Shown here piece after piece: positions 1-9,278 of a stretch of 64,000 nucleotides of DNA. Both the position numbers and the translations under genes were made by a program. The stretch's first letter is position 1. Each line of letters starts with the position of its first letter. The DNA lies in contig CP070686.1 of the NCBI GenBank assembly GCA_020353055.1, positions 94,804 to 158,803 on the forward strand, read 5' to 3'. A model generated the notes under the pieces. That model had not been told where the DNA came from and searched no databases. It worked only from the letters and a program-made list of their open reading frames with translations. Source of the stretch: a candidate division WOR-3 bacterium (GTDB taxonomy: Bacteria; Hydrothermota; Tepidihabitantia; SM23-42).

Positions 1-369
1 CCCCTGGGCGTTCTGAGGAAAAGCTCCCGGATAAAAACCAAAAGAATCGCCTACATAATACGAGTATTCGCGGGGCACCCGGTACCAGTCGGTAACCTCG
101 CTCGTCTGGCTTATCGTGAATCTACCGTAGGAAACCTCCCGGTAATAATCTCGGAGTGAAGTCGTATTATCAAAATAAATGAGCGAATCAAATGATAGGC
201 TTGTGTACTGGTGCTGATTATCCGCGAAATCGACGAGCAAAACCAATGCTTTCTTTTCACCAACTGGCTTTGGGATTCGCATTACACCCGCATTCATCAG
301 ATGAGGATATTGGGGGGCAATACGTCTTACTTCAAGATACGGATTGGGAGGCATGAAAAAGACCAAAAG
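1..369 (-). CDS. Partial CDS (N-terminus only; the gene continues beyond position 1): secreted M6/InhA-like metalloprotease
   Basis: My own translation of the minus strand gives MLILSLLVFFMPPNPYLEV...KALVLLVDFADNQ...SLRDYYREVSYGRFT. That is a signal peptide followed by the N-terminal motif pattern of M6 (immune inhibitor A) peptidases. The frame stays open to the window edge. It is absent from the ORF track because there is no stop inside the window. Confidence 0.4.
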
Positions 370-645
370 GCTGAGTATCAGCATGGTCTATTATACGTAA
401 CGAAATGTTAGTGTCAACGCCCTCATTTTCTGTATCGCATTCACGGTTCCGCATACATAACAAATGATCCGAGCCATTTTCCGAGCAGCCTGCCATTCCC
501 GTAATTGGGTAATAATTTACTCAATTTGCGAAAATTAATGCCTATGTCTAACAATTCTTTCCGAAAAAGCATTAAATATCGCGCCATTCTGCCGCCAAAA
601 CAGGAATGGATTTTGCTATATTATCTAGTGGAGAATGGAGGTATT

Positions 646-1197
646 ATGGGTAATAATTCATTTATGAATCGACGACCAAGCCGGAAGAAAAGACACGGCT
701 TCACATTAGTTGAATTGATGGTCGTCATCACGATCATCGGTATCGTGGCATTGATTGCCATACCAAATTTCGCGAGCATGCAGCGGAGGGCACGAATACG
801 CAGTGCGACCCAGCAAATCGCACAGCACTTCAAAATGATAAGAGAAAGAGCCCTGTCATCGAGTGGTACTTATCAATTCAGCTTTCCCGACCAACACCAT
901 TATCGTTTGCACCGACCTGATGGTTCGATGAAGGATTTCAGATTAGGCGGAAGCACCGGGGGCAAGGTACACTTCGGGGGTGTCGGTGTTGCTGGTCAAC
1001 CACCAGAAGCGAGTATGGCCGCACCAGGAGCCGGCGGCATCGATTTTCCTGGCGGCATACTCATCATCGACGCGCGCGGAGGTGCGACAAGCGGAGTCGC
1101 TTATGTTACTGACGGAAGGGATAATTACGCAATCGGCATAAACCGCCTGGGCAAGATCGCCATCTACGAATATTCTGGCGGTGCTTGGAATCCTTAG
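646..1197 (+). CDS. Type IV minor pilin / pseudopilin, FimT/GspH-like
   Basis: Prepilin class III leader and cleavage motif: KKRHG|FTLVELMVVITIIGIVALIAIP. A GGAGG lies 7 nt upstream of the ATG at 646, and I take that internal ATG of ORF 505..1197 as the start. Confidence 0.65.
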   Translation: MGNNSFMNRRPSRKKRHGFTLVELMVVITIIGIVALIAIPNFASMQRRARIRSATQQIAQHFKMIRERALSSSGTYQFSFPDQHHYRLHRPDGSMKDFRLGGSTGGKVHFGGVGVAGQPPEASMAAPGAGGIDFPGGILIIDARGGATSGVAYVTDGRDNYAIGINRLGKIAIYEYSGGAWNP

Positions 1198-1208
1198 AGG
1201 AGGCGAAA

Positions 1209-1661
1209 ATGAACAAATTTAACAAAACGAAGTCCGGCGGCAAGTTAGTATCAGGCAGATACGGTTTCACGCTAGTCGAGGTGCTCGTTGCGATCGTCGT
1301 CCTTGCCATCGGCGTGCTGGCAGTGTCAAGGCTCACCGTCATGGGAGTTCGGACGAGCACGCTCATGAATCGGCGCATGTATGCGCGAGATGTCTTGAAC
1401 CGCTACCATGAAGAGATCATGGGATTACCGACGCAGGACTCGATACTTCGCTATCTCAGTTCAGCTGACCTCAATGATACCATCAACCCCGATTACGAAA
1501 GAACCGAGATAGTAGGTGGTGGTCTTTTTCGCATCGTATGGAACATCGCGGACAGTGTCATCGGAACCATCCCGGATGCACGTTTTAAAACGGTACGGCT
1601 TCACGTGATGTGGCCTCATGCCAGACGACCGTTATCTTCCGATTTAATAAAACGCTACTAA
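1209..1661 (+). CDS. pilV: Type IV pilus minor pilin PilV-like
   Basis: N-terminus GRYG|FTLVEVLVAIVVLAIGVLAV is the typical PilV prepilin motif. An AGGAGG lies upstream of the ATG at 1209. First gene after FimT-like in the operon. Confidence 0.65.
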   Translation: MNKFNKTKSGGKLVSGRYGFTLVEVLVAIVVLAIGVLAVSRLTVMGVRTSTLMNRRMYARDVLNRYHEEIMGLPTQDSILRYLSSADLNDTINPDYERTEIVGGGLFRIVWNIADSVIGTIPDARFKTVRLHVMWPHARRPLSSDLIKRY

Positions 1662-1667
1662 GGAGGA

Positions 1668-2663
1668 ATGATGCAATTTTCCATCCATAATTTGAAAACT
1701 TCGAATGCTTCCATCCTACGCCGGGCAGAGAGGTCTGGAATGACGCTCGTCGAGTTGATGATCTCCCTCGTTATTTTGATGATCATTCTGGGTGCCGTAT
1801 ATTCGATCCTCAATCTGCAGCAAACGAAATCGATTCAAGTCACGCGTACTACGGTGCTGCAGACCGATGCCCAGGTTGCGTTCACCCTGGTGAAATGGGA
1901 TCTGCTCCTGGCTGGACTGGGCTACCCGTATGAAGAGCAAGATGCACTGCAGTTAGCAAATATAGGATCGGATCTTACGCTCAAGGGGGTCGGCCTGGGG
2001 TTCGAGATGAGCCGCACCCAGTGGAGCTACCTGCTCGACAACGTCGATGGTTCGACACTACCGGTGCGAAGATGGGAAGACACCCTCGCCAACTTCCGGG
2101 TCGGTGATACGATTATTGTCATAAACGAAGTACGTGAAGCATTGTACCAGAATCTGATCATCACCGGCATCGATACGTTCACGTATTATGACCCGATATG
2201 GAGCAATCCCACCCGTGGTCTCCGCCTAAATATTGGGCCCTCAATAACTGCGCGCGCTGGCCTCATGGTCTTCAGACGTAACTCCGACACCTATTATAAT
2301 GGACTTACATACACCCTGGCAGGCGACACGCTGATGCGCGGCAATGAGGCACTCTTGACCAATGTCGAAGCGATCCAGTTCCGTTATGGCATCGATACTG
2401 ACAATGACGGCATAGTCGAATCCTGGGGAGCAAACAACAATCCCCCATTCAACAATAACTATTCTGACAAATGGGCGGTAAGATTCACCATGGTAGTATC
2501 ATCCGATCTCATCTCCGGATACACGTCACCCGATGATTCGATAACCATCGAAGATGATCCGCCGTACACGTACACACTAGATCTTTACCAGAAACGGAGG
2601 AAACGCGCAATTCTCAGCAGCGTCGTCTTTCCCCAGAATCTACAACCGCCGGAGGGATTATGA
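1668..2663 (+). CDS. pilW: Type IV pilus assembly protein PilW-like
   Basis: N-terminus SGMTLVELMISLVILMIILGAV is prepilin-like. AAGGAGG ribosome-binding site. Position and size match PilW in fimU-pilVWXY1 operons. Confidence 0.6.
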   Translation: MMQFSIHNLKTSNASILRRAERSGMTLVELMISLVILMIILGAVYSILNLQQTKSIQVTRTTVLQTDAQVAFTLVKWDLLLAGLGYPYEEQDALQLANIGSDLTLKGVGLGFEMSRTQWSYLLDNVDGSTLPVRRWEDTLANFRVGDTIIVINEVREALYQNLIITGIDTFTYYDPIWSNPTRGLRLNIGPSITARAGLMVFRRNSDTYYNGLTYTLAGDTLMRGNEALLTNVEAIQFRYGIDTDNDGIVESWGANNNPPFNNNYSDKWAVRFTMVVSSDLISGYTSPDDSITIEDDPPYTYTLDLYQKRRKRAILSSVVFPQNLQPPEGL

Positions 2664-3136
2664 AAACCAAAGGAATCAAGAATCACGAATCAGGTATCGC
2701 CCTGTTAGCGGCGTTAGCAACGATGATTATTATCCTGATCGTCGGCTCCTTAGCCTTATACGTCGTGATCCGCGGTATGAGCGTAACGCGAGGCCAGGTG
2801 ACCTACGAAACAACGTACGAGGCAGCCATTGCCGCGCTGGAAATCGGCAAGGCAAAGGCAGAAAGTCTCAATACATTCCTGGATGCGGCGCCATTCATGA
2901 CTGATACTGTGCAATTGGGCGGATACAAAGCGACGGTGACGGCCGAACGAACCTCGGCGCAGGTTATTACGATGTCTGGGACGGCGATGAAATTTGCCCG
3001 CGCCCTCGCAGGCCCGGGTTCAACGCCAGCGTCAGGTAGTTACCGAACTTATTACATAAGTGCGACAATAGTCGGCCGAGGCGGTGAAAGAGTCGGGGTC
3101 GAGGCTCTGCAACGCTACACCGTGCAGGCCAATTAA
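2660..3136 (+). CDS. pilX: Type IV pilus minor pilin PilX-like
   Basis: N-terminal hydrophobic segment ESGIALLAALATMIIILIVGSLALYVV resembles the PilX N-domain. Its ATG overlaps the pilW stop as ATGA, indicating translational coupling. Confidence 0.55.
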   Translation: MKTKGIKNHESGIALLAALATMIIILIVGSLALYVVIRGMSVTRGQVTYETTYEAAIAALEIGKAKAESLNTFLDAAPFMTDTVQLGGYKATVTAERTSAQVITMSGTAMKFARALAGPGSTPASGSYRTYYISATIVGRGGERVGVEALQRYTVQAN

Positions 3137-3152
3137 TATTAAGGAGGATAAG

Positions 3153-6100
3153 ATGCACAAGATTACAGGTTATCACAAACCATCACTCATACTTATCGTA
3201 GGCATACTGCTGCTCTTCACAGCGCAGAGTAAGGCACAGGACACGACCGCAATCGATACGGCTTTCTGTTGTTTTCCGCCCTTCACCTGGAAGACACCCA
3301 CCCCTAACATCATGATCATACTCGATAACTCCGGCTCGATGGCCGACCGCGCTTACACAACAACGACTATTGTGCAGGGCACCGCGGCCGATACGATAAG
3401 ATACTATGGATATTTCAACCCGGACAGCAACTACCTCTGGGACGTGAACCGCTGGCGCGCTGACCCGGCAGGAATAATGCCCGGACATATCATGAACTGG
3501 GCAATAATGAGCCGCGGCGATGTTGCTAAGAAAGTGCTGATCGGCGGCCGGGGGCCATCGACCTTCGTTGCTATGTCTAACCCTAACCCGGTAAGACTGG
3601 AGAGTGAAGGACGGGGCAGTTGGACCGTTTACTACCGCTCGAACCTCGGCCAGGATGACAATTACAGCATGATCACCGTGACCCATGCTGTTGACCCCAT
3701 GCTTAGTCGGGTTTCGGTCACCCGAGTCGGTAACGGCCCCTTGCCAACCGAACCTGTGCACGATGTGCAGGTCGATGTACCCAGAGCAACCTGGGGAGGC
3801 GTCCTAGCCCAACTCGCGGACAAAGACGGTGACGGATTCTGGGATGAGAACGCACCGCGATTCGGTCTGGCCGGATTCAACTACGGACCGGGTGGTTTCT
3901 GGGACGGCTATGATGAAGGCAGCGGAACTTTTGCAGATAACGGTGGCGGTTTGGTCGGCGGTAGCGGCTATATCGGCGGATTTTTGTACACCGATCTTTA
4001 CCAAGACATAAGAAACGTCGAATTCAGAACCTGGACCCCGGTAGGCGAATGTTACTGGGAAATGCTGCGGTATTTCTCCCAGGCAGCGGCATTCTACAGC
4101 AACAATGATTACACGGTCGGACCGGTAACGGTCAGGGATCCATGGTATGAAAAATCAATTCCCGGTCCCAGCAACTGGAGCAAAATGACACCCTGCCGTA
4201 AGAGTTTCATTCTCCTTATTACTGATGGTCAGCCGAGAATGGACCTCCATGTGCCGGATAACAGTACATTCGACATGCCCGGTGCTACAAATTTGCGGTC
4301 CTATGCCACATATGCAGGATCTGGTATCCCTAACGGACCGAACCTGGCAGCATACCCGGATAACGGCTCCAATTATCTTATTCACCTGGCATACTACGGA
4401 AACATCAACGACCTGAGACCGGATAGTGTACCGGATGTTGCAGAATGGCGCAACAGAAATCTGCCTGATTTTCAGAACGTGACGCTGTTCGGCGTTGCTG
4501 CTTTTGAGAGCAACTTTACCTTAGAGCAAGCCTGCAAATTCGGCGGGTTCGTGGATAACAACAACAATAAAAGACCAGACCTGCAGATCGAGTGGGACAA
4601 TAACTTTGACAACATACCTGACAACTATTTCGAAGCCGAGGATGGGTACAAATTCGAGGAAGTATTGATAAAAGCTGTCATGGAAATGATGTCCCGCGTT
4701 GCATCCGCCTCACCGGTTGCAGTCGTCACCACCGGCTCTAAGACCGGTGGCCAGGCCATCCAGTCCCAGTTCTACCAGGTCAAATTCTTCCCGGACGGTG
4801 AAATGGTAGACTGGCTCGGTACGACCCATTCTCTTTGGCTCGATCCGTTCGGTTTGTTGCGTGAAGACACGCACACCGATGCTACACTCAACCTGTTCGA
4901 TGACTATGTCGTCAACATGATCTCGCATCAAACAGGCGTGACCATAGTGAGATACCGTGATCTCGACGGCAATGGCCAGAACCTCGACTCGGTGGGCATG
5001 GCCGACATCGACGACCTCGTACCGGTGTGGGATGCCGGCGAATGGCTATTGAACGTCCTACCAGAAGAAAGAAGAATCATAACCTTTGTCGACGTCAACA
5101 AAAATCACAGTGTGGAACCAGGCGAAATAGACAGTTTCACCACAGCCAATGCTACGACACTACGCCCGTACCTCGGTGTGTCAACCGATGCCCAGGCCGA
5201 CACGGTAATACGATACGTCCGGGGACAGGACTTCCCAGACCTCAGATCACGAACCGTCGGAACAAATACATGGAAACTCGGTGACGTTATCAATTCTGGT
5301 CCAGGTTTGGTCGGCCGTCCGATCGAACGTTATGATTTCATTTACGGCGATGCTTCTTATGCTCAATACTATAACCAGTATCGGGGACGCCGGCAGGTCG
5401 TATACGTCGGCAGCAATGACGGCATGCTTCATTGTTTCAATGCCGGCATTGTAGAAGCAGGGGATGATGCGACTGCTCCAATGTCGCTCGATCCTGCAGG
5501 TTATGCTCTGGGTGAGGAACTATGGGCGTATATTCCGTACAACCTGCTGCCCCATCTGCGGTGGTTGAAGAGTCTGCGCTACCGCCACTGTCACACCTAC
5601 TATGTCGACTTGCGTGCCTATGTCACCGATGCTCAGATATTCGACTCAAGTAATTCGAAATATCCAGGTGGGTGGGGGACATTGCTCATAGGTGGCATGC
5701 GGCTCGGTGGATTTCCGATAACTACACAGAACGATACCTGCAGCTCCGCGTATTTTGCCATCGATGTAACTGATCCGGTGAATCCAGAACCACTCTGGGA
5801 ATTCACGGCTCCTGGTCTTGGCCTGACCGCATGCTACTCCACCGCTGTCAAGGTAGATTCAACCTGGTATCTGGTCTTCGGCTCAGGACCCCAGAGCTGC
5901 TCTGGTGAATCTGCTCAGAACGCCAGAATATTCATTGTCGATCTGCTGACCGGAGCGCTCCTGCGTACGATCGTCGTACCTGATGCTGGTTCGTTCATCA
6001 CCAACATCTTTGCCTGTGACTGGGGCATCGATTATACGGTCGACCGGTTGTATTTTGGCGATGCATTTTTCGTCGGACCGCCGACAAGAGCATGGCGCGG

Positions 6101-6815
6101 CAGGCTCTACCGCATCCTCACCAATGACAACCCTGATCCCAACACCTGGACCCTCAGCATGGTCATGGATGTACAGCGTCCGGTTACAGCCGAGGGCAGT
6201 GTTTCTACGGATGAATACAATCACCTCTGGGTTTACTTCGGTACGGGACGTCTGTTCAGTGAGTTCGACATCGCTGATACAACTACACAGCAGTTGTACG
6301 TCGGTTTCCGTGATGATACGGTGCACACCACCGACCCATTCCAGCTGTACAACGTGACAGATGTCAACATCGACACGCTCGGCAATGTGATTCTGGGCGG
6401 CGGTTCGGTTATCACATTCGATTCTTTGAAGACGCTCGTTAATGAAGAACTCGGATGGTACCGGTGGTTACCAGCTGGAGAAAGAACCCTCACCGCGACC
6501 TTGGTGATGGGCGGCGCTGTGCTTTTCACGACTTTCAGTCCCACCGAAGATATCTGTTCCTACGGTGGCACGGCAAAACTCTACGCCCTCTACTACCGGA
6601 CCGGCACCGCGTACGAGGAACCGTTCCTTGGTGCGACCGGGAACATCAACAATATCTCGCTCGACCTCGGTTCAGGAATGCCTTCCGAACCTGCTCTCTA
6701 CGTTACGGCCGATCAAACAAAGGTATTTATTCAGGTGGGCGGTGTGATAGTATCACCGGAAACAGGAATTCCCGGCCTTCCCAGGGGCGGCGTAATACTC
6801 TGGAAAGGAAGATAA
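3153..6815 (+). CDS. pilY1: PilY1/PilC-like type IV pilus tip adhesin with N-terminal vWA domain
   Basis: About 1220 aa with a signal peptide. The vWA MIDAS motif IMIILDNSGSM is present, as is the PilY1 family signature VVYVGSNDGMLHCFNAG. A DKDGDGFWDEN calcium-binding-like loop is also present. AAGGAGG ribosome-binding site upstream of the ATG at 3153. Confidence 0.8.
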   Translation: MHKITGYHKPSLILIVGILLLFTAQSKAQDTTAIDTAFCCFPPFTWKTPTPNIMIILDNSGSMADRAYTTTTIVQGTAADTIRYYGYFNPDSNYLWDVNRWRADPAGIMPGHIMNWAIMSRGDVAKKVLIGGRGPSTFVAMSNPNPVRLESEGRGSWTVYYRSNLGQDDNYSMITVTHAVDPMLSRVSVTRVGNGPLPTEPVHDVQVDVPRATWGGVLAQLADKDGDGFWDENAPRFGLAGFNYGPGGFWDGYDEGSGTFADNGGGLVGGSGYIGGFLYTDLYQDIRNVEFRTWTPVGECYWEMLRYFSQAAAFYSNNDYTVGPVTVRDPWYEKSIPGPSNWSKMTPCRKSFILLITDGQPRMDLHVPDNSTFDMPGATNLRSYATYAGSGIPNGPNLAAYPDNGSNYLIHLAYYGNINDLRPDSVPDVAEWRNRNLPDFQNVTLFGVAAFESNFTLEQACKFGGFVDNNNNKRPDLQIEWDNNFDNIPDNYFEAEDGYKFEEVLIKAVMEMMSRVASASPVAVVTTGSKTGGQAIQSQFYQVKFFPDGEMVDWLGTTHSLWLDPFGLLREDTHTDATLNLFDDYVVNMISHQTGVTIVRYRDLDGNGQNLDSVGMADIDDLVPVWDAGEWLLNVLPEERRIITFVDVNKNHSVEPGEIDSFTTANATTLRPYLGVSTDAQADTVIRYVRGQDFPDLRSRTVGTNTWKLGDVINSGPGLVGRPIERYDFIYGDASYAQYYNQYRGRRQVVYVGSNDGMLHCFNAGIVEAGDDATAPMSLDPAGYALGEELWAYIPYNLLPHLRWLKSLRYRHCHTYYVDLRAYVTDAQIFDSSNSKYPGGWGTLLIGGMRLGGFPITTQNDTCSSAYFAIDVTDPVNPEPLWEFTAPGLGLTACYSTAVKVDSTWYLVFGSGPQSCSGESAQNARIFIVDLLTGALLRTIVVPDAGSFITNIFACDWGIDYTVDRLYFGDAFFVGPPTRAWRGRLYRILTNDNPDPNTWTLSMVMDVQRPVTAEGSVSTDEYNHLWVYFGTGRLFSEFDIADTTTQQLYVGFRDDTVHTTDPFQLYNVTDVNIDTLGNVILGGGSVITFDSLKTLVNEELGWYRWLPAGERTLTATLVMGGAVLFTTFSPTEDICSYGGTAKLYALYYRTGTAYEEPFLGATGNINNISLDLGSGMPSEPALYVTADQTKVFIQVGGVIVSPETGIPGLPRGGVILWKGR

Positions 6816-6822
6816 GGAGGAT

Positions 6823-7131
6823 ATGATGAAAGGAATAATACTGCTCCTACTGGCATTTTCTCTATGCCTCTTTGCTGACGAAACGTTTTTGGGTATGGTC
6901 CACGGTATAGAAGGCGACTCGCTCGTACTGGTCGACGGTCTCAGGATCTACGTGCAGAACGCCAGTGCATCGTTGGTCCACAAAAATAGATCCATCGATC
7001 CACAGAATATCTCCTTTCCTTTTACGGCCTCGCTCGTTACGGACAGGAAGAGCCGGACAGGAACCAGAGCCTACGTCAGGATCGAGCAGCTATACGAAGT
7101 GAAAAAAGGCCAATTGATCGCGAAGGACTAG
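6823..7131 (+). CDS. Small lipoprotein, hypothetical; co-transcribed with pilY1
   Basis: Signal peptide with lipobox (LLLAFSLC). AAGGAGG ribosome-binding site. Follows pilY1 directly, in the slot that some operons give to PilY2 or PilE. Confidence 0.45.
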   Translation: MMKGIILLLLAFSLCLFADETFLGMVHGIEGDSLVLVDGLRIYVQNASASLVHKNRSIDPQNISFPFTASLVTDRKSRTGTRAYVRIEQLYEVKKGQLIAKD

Positions 7132-7145
7132 CGCGTGAACGATCC

Positions 7146-7180
7146 GGGTGTCAGGGCGTGAATACCACGCCCTGACACCC
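7146..7180. repeat. Perfect 15-bp stem, 5-nt loop GC-rich hairpin
   Basis: GGGTGTCAGGGCGTG-aatac-CACGCCCTGACACCC. No downstream T-tract. Sits between the pilin operon and the next gene. Confidence 0.6.
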
Positions 7181-7205
7181 ATCCACAAATATGAAGGAAC
7201 CCGCA

Positions 7206-7233
7206 TTGACATACCAGACTATCTATCTATACT
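7206..7233 (+). promoter_or_regulatory. Sigma70-type promoter (TTGACA-N16-TATACT) for the 7253 gene
   Basis: Read directly from the sequence. The -35 and -10 hexamers are near consensus and about 20 nt upstream of a GGAGGTG ribosome-binding site. Confidence 0.4.
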
Positions 7234-7252
7234 CTAATAACGGAGGTGAAAA

Positions 7253-8155
7253 TTGAAAACATCTATTATCGCATTTGTTGTAATTCTTGCTCTCCTTACC
7301 GCGGCGTGTGGCGGCAAGAAAGAAGAGGATGCCGCCTCAATCAATAACGCCCCGGTCCTGCAAAGCGTAACATTGCTTCCGCTGAATCCGAACGTGCATT
7401 CAGAGATAACCGCGCGAATCCTTGCATCGGATAAAGACGGTGATCCGATCACCTACGAGGTAAAATGGTTTGTAAACGGTGATGAAATCGGAGAAGGCAT
7501 GTCATTCACCTATCCTGATATTAAGAAAGGAGATCAGATATTTGCCGAGGTTACGCCATACGACGGTAAGATATACGGCGATGTGATGAGATCCGGCGAA
7601 GTAATGATAGGTGGCGTGCCGCCCAGAATTGTTTCGGTCTCAGTCATACCTGAAATAGTCTACGTAACCACACAACAGATCACACTTGATGCGCTCTTCG
7701 AAGATGCGGATCAGGACGAGATAGATCTTATTGTGCACTGGCTGGTAAACGACGAAGTGCTTTCCAATACCACCAATGTACTCCAGCTCAGCCCCCTGGG
7801 ACTGAAGAAGAACGATGTGATCACCGGCACAGCGTTTGCTGATGACGGCGATGACCGTTCTGAACCATTCCCTTTTGAAATCACCATTGCCAATTCACCA
7901 CCTGCGTTCAAAATGAAAATCGACTCGGTGAAATGCGCCACTGACAGCGTTCATTACACACTGCCCATTTTTGACCCGGACGGAGACCCACTATCCTTCG
8001 AACTTCTGGATGCACCGTCCGGCATAATGGTCGATGCAGAAAAGGGCATCATCTACGGAAGTGCCGGTCAAACCAGTGTTTTCGAAGTCTTTGTACGTGC
8101 CGTCGACCCCGAGGGCGCGTATCTTGATGCCCAATTCACACTCGCGGCAAAATAG
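7253..8155 (+). CDS. Lipoprotein with tandem Ig-like repeats and a C-terminal putative Ig (He_PIG/cadherin-like) domain
   Basis: TTG start after a GGAGGTG ribosome-binding site. Lipobox LLTAAC. Three ~90-aa internal repeats share the pattern (V/I)xWxVNGDEI. The C-terminus carries FDPDGDPLSFELLDAPSGIMVDAEKGIIYG, which is He_PIG-like. Confidence 0.55.
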   Translation: MKTSIIAFVVILALLTAACGGKKEEDAASINNAPVLQSVTLLPLNPNVHSEITARILASDKDGDPITYEVKWFVNGDEIGEGMSFTYPDIKKGDQIFAEVTPYDGKIYGDVMRSGEVMIGGVPPRIVSVSVIPEIVYVTTQQITLDALFEDADQDEIDLIVHWLVNDEVLSNTTNVLQLSPLGLKKNDVITGTAFADDGDDRSEPFPFEITIANSPPAFKMKIDSVKCATDSVHYTLPIFDPDGDPLSFELLDAPSGIMVDAEKGIIYGSAGQTSVFEVFVRAVDPEGAYLDAQFTLAAK

Positions 8156-8183
8156 CGCGAACTTTTAGCGCAGAAAATTTCCA

Positions 8184-8227
8184 AAAAAATGCGGTCGGTT
8201 TCCTCCGACCGCATTAATCTTTTTATT
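8184..8227. terminator. Bidirectional rho-independent terminator
   Basis: AATGCGGTCGG-tttcct-CCGACCGCATT, flanked by an A-run on one side and a T-run on the other. It can terminate both the 7253 gene (+) and the ferredoxin gene (-). Confidence 0.7.
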
Positions 8228-8241
8228 CCCGAAATATGAAT

Positions 8242-8448
8242 TTATTTCTTTGGATGATCCGGATCAGAAACGCATGCATCAACCGGACAGACTGCAGCGC
8301 ACTGAGGCTCATCAAAATGACCCTCGCACTCAACGCATTTGTTGAAATCGATGACGTATATCGGGTCTCCTTCCGTAATTGCCTGAACTGGGCATTCGGG
8401 CTCGCATAACCCGCAAGCAGTACATTCATCATTGATCTTGTATGCCAT
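8242..8448 (-). CDS. 2x[4Fe-4S] ferredoxin
   Basis: Two CxxCxxCxxxCP motifs: [12 protein letters not shown] and [18 protein letters not shown]. 68 aa. Confidence 0.85.
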   Translation of the reverse strand: MAYKINDECTACGLCEPECPVQAITEGDPIYVIDFNKCVECEGHFDEPQCAAVCPVDACVSDPDHPKK

Positions 8449-8600
8449 ATTGCCTCCTTATTTACTGCGGGGATTATAGCCATTTAGTATGGTCTTGTCA
8501 AGAGAATAGCCCGGGCCGCTGCTTTGGAATAAGAAATGACGGTCGCAGTAATAGCCAAAAACACATGACCAGGAGAGCACCGAACACGCCTGTGGCGCTC

Positions 8601-9278
8601 TCACGAAAGTTTGCTCAGACTTACAAGCGCTAACGGCATTCTTTCAAGGGGCGTGGACAAATTCGTTACCTTGGCGGTAAAACCCTTCTTTTTCATAATG
8701 GATTCGGCGCGACGAAGTTCATCATCAATGCTCTGTGATTTAAAGAAGAGAGCTTCGCCGCCCGCAACGAGCAACTTGTCGATGACCCGCGTCAAATCGG
8801 CAATTTTCCCTACTGCTCTCAGCAACAAAAGGTCGAACCCCGCGCCCGAAAAATCCTCTGCCCTTTCGTTCCTCACTTCTATTCTTTCCAGGCACAGCGC
8901 GTTTATCAGCGATCTTAAGAATTCTGCCTTTTTACGTTTGGATTCGAAAATCACCAGTTCGAATTTGGGCAGCACGATTTTCAATGGAATCGAAGGGAAT
9001 CCCGCACCGGCGCCAACGTCGCATACCCGCCCATGATCTCGCACATATGGGAAAGCAGCCAGAGAGGGAAGAAAATGTCTTCTGCTTATGCGTTCATAAT
9101 CCCCGTGTGACAGGAGATGCAGTCTACCGTGATAGGAGTAAAGCATGTTGAGATATTGTTCAAAGCGCTCGATCATGTGTGCATCAAATTCTATGTGGAG
9201 TTGTGTAAGACCACTTTTGAGTTCATCTATCTCGCGGTCGACATTCCTCGACTCACTACTCGTTTTCTTTGATGTCAT
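8601..9278 (-). CDS. rsmG: 16S rRNA (guanine527-N7)-methyltransferase RsmG
   Basis: SAM motif VCDVGAGAGFPSIPLKI. Overall GidB-like length and order of motifs. Confidence 0.8.
   Translation of the reverse strand: MTSKKTSSESRNVDREIDELKSGLTQLHIEFDAHMIERFEQYLNMLYSYHGRLHLLSHGDYERISRRHFLPSLAAFPYVRDHGRVCDVGAGAGFPSIPLKIVLPKFELVIFESKRKKAEFLRSLINALCLERIEVRNERAEDFSGAGFDLLLLRAVGKIADLTRVIDKLLVAGGEALFFKSQSIDDELRRAESIMKKKGFTAKVTNLSTPLERMPLALVSLSKLS

Noticed and set aside
211-411. 66-aa plus-strand ORF at the window start
   Set aside because: The minus strand here encodes a credible M6 peptidase N-terminus with a signal peptide.
400-645. Search for a sigma54 (TGGCAC-N5-TTGC) promoter upstream of the pilin operon
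   Set aside because: No sequence has the correct GG/GC spacing. The TGGATTTTGCT candidate is spaced 5 nt too short.
3183-6826. Numerous 60-190-aa ORFs on both strands inside pilY1
   Set aside because: They are antisense to or frame-shifted relative to a long, motif-rich PilY1 ORF. GC-rich sequence produces spurious open frames.
8611-9036. 141-aa plus-strand ORF
   Set aside because: It is antisense to rsmG, which has clear methyltransferase motifs.
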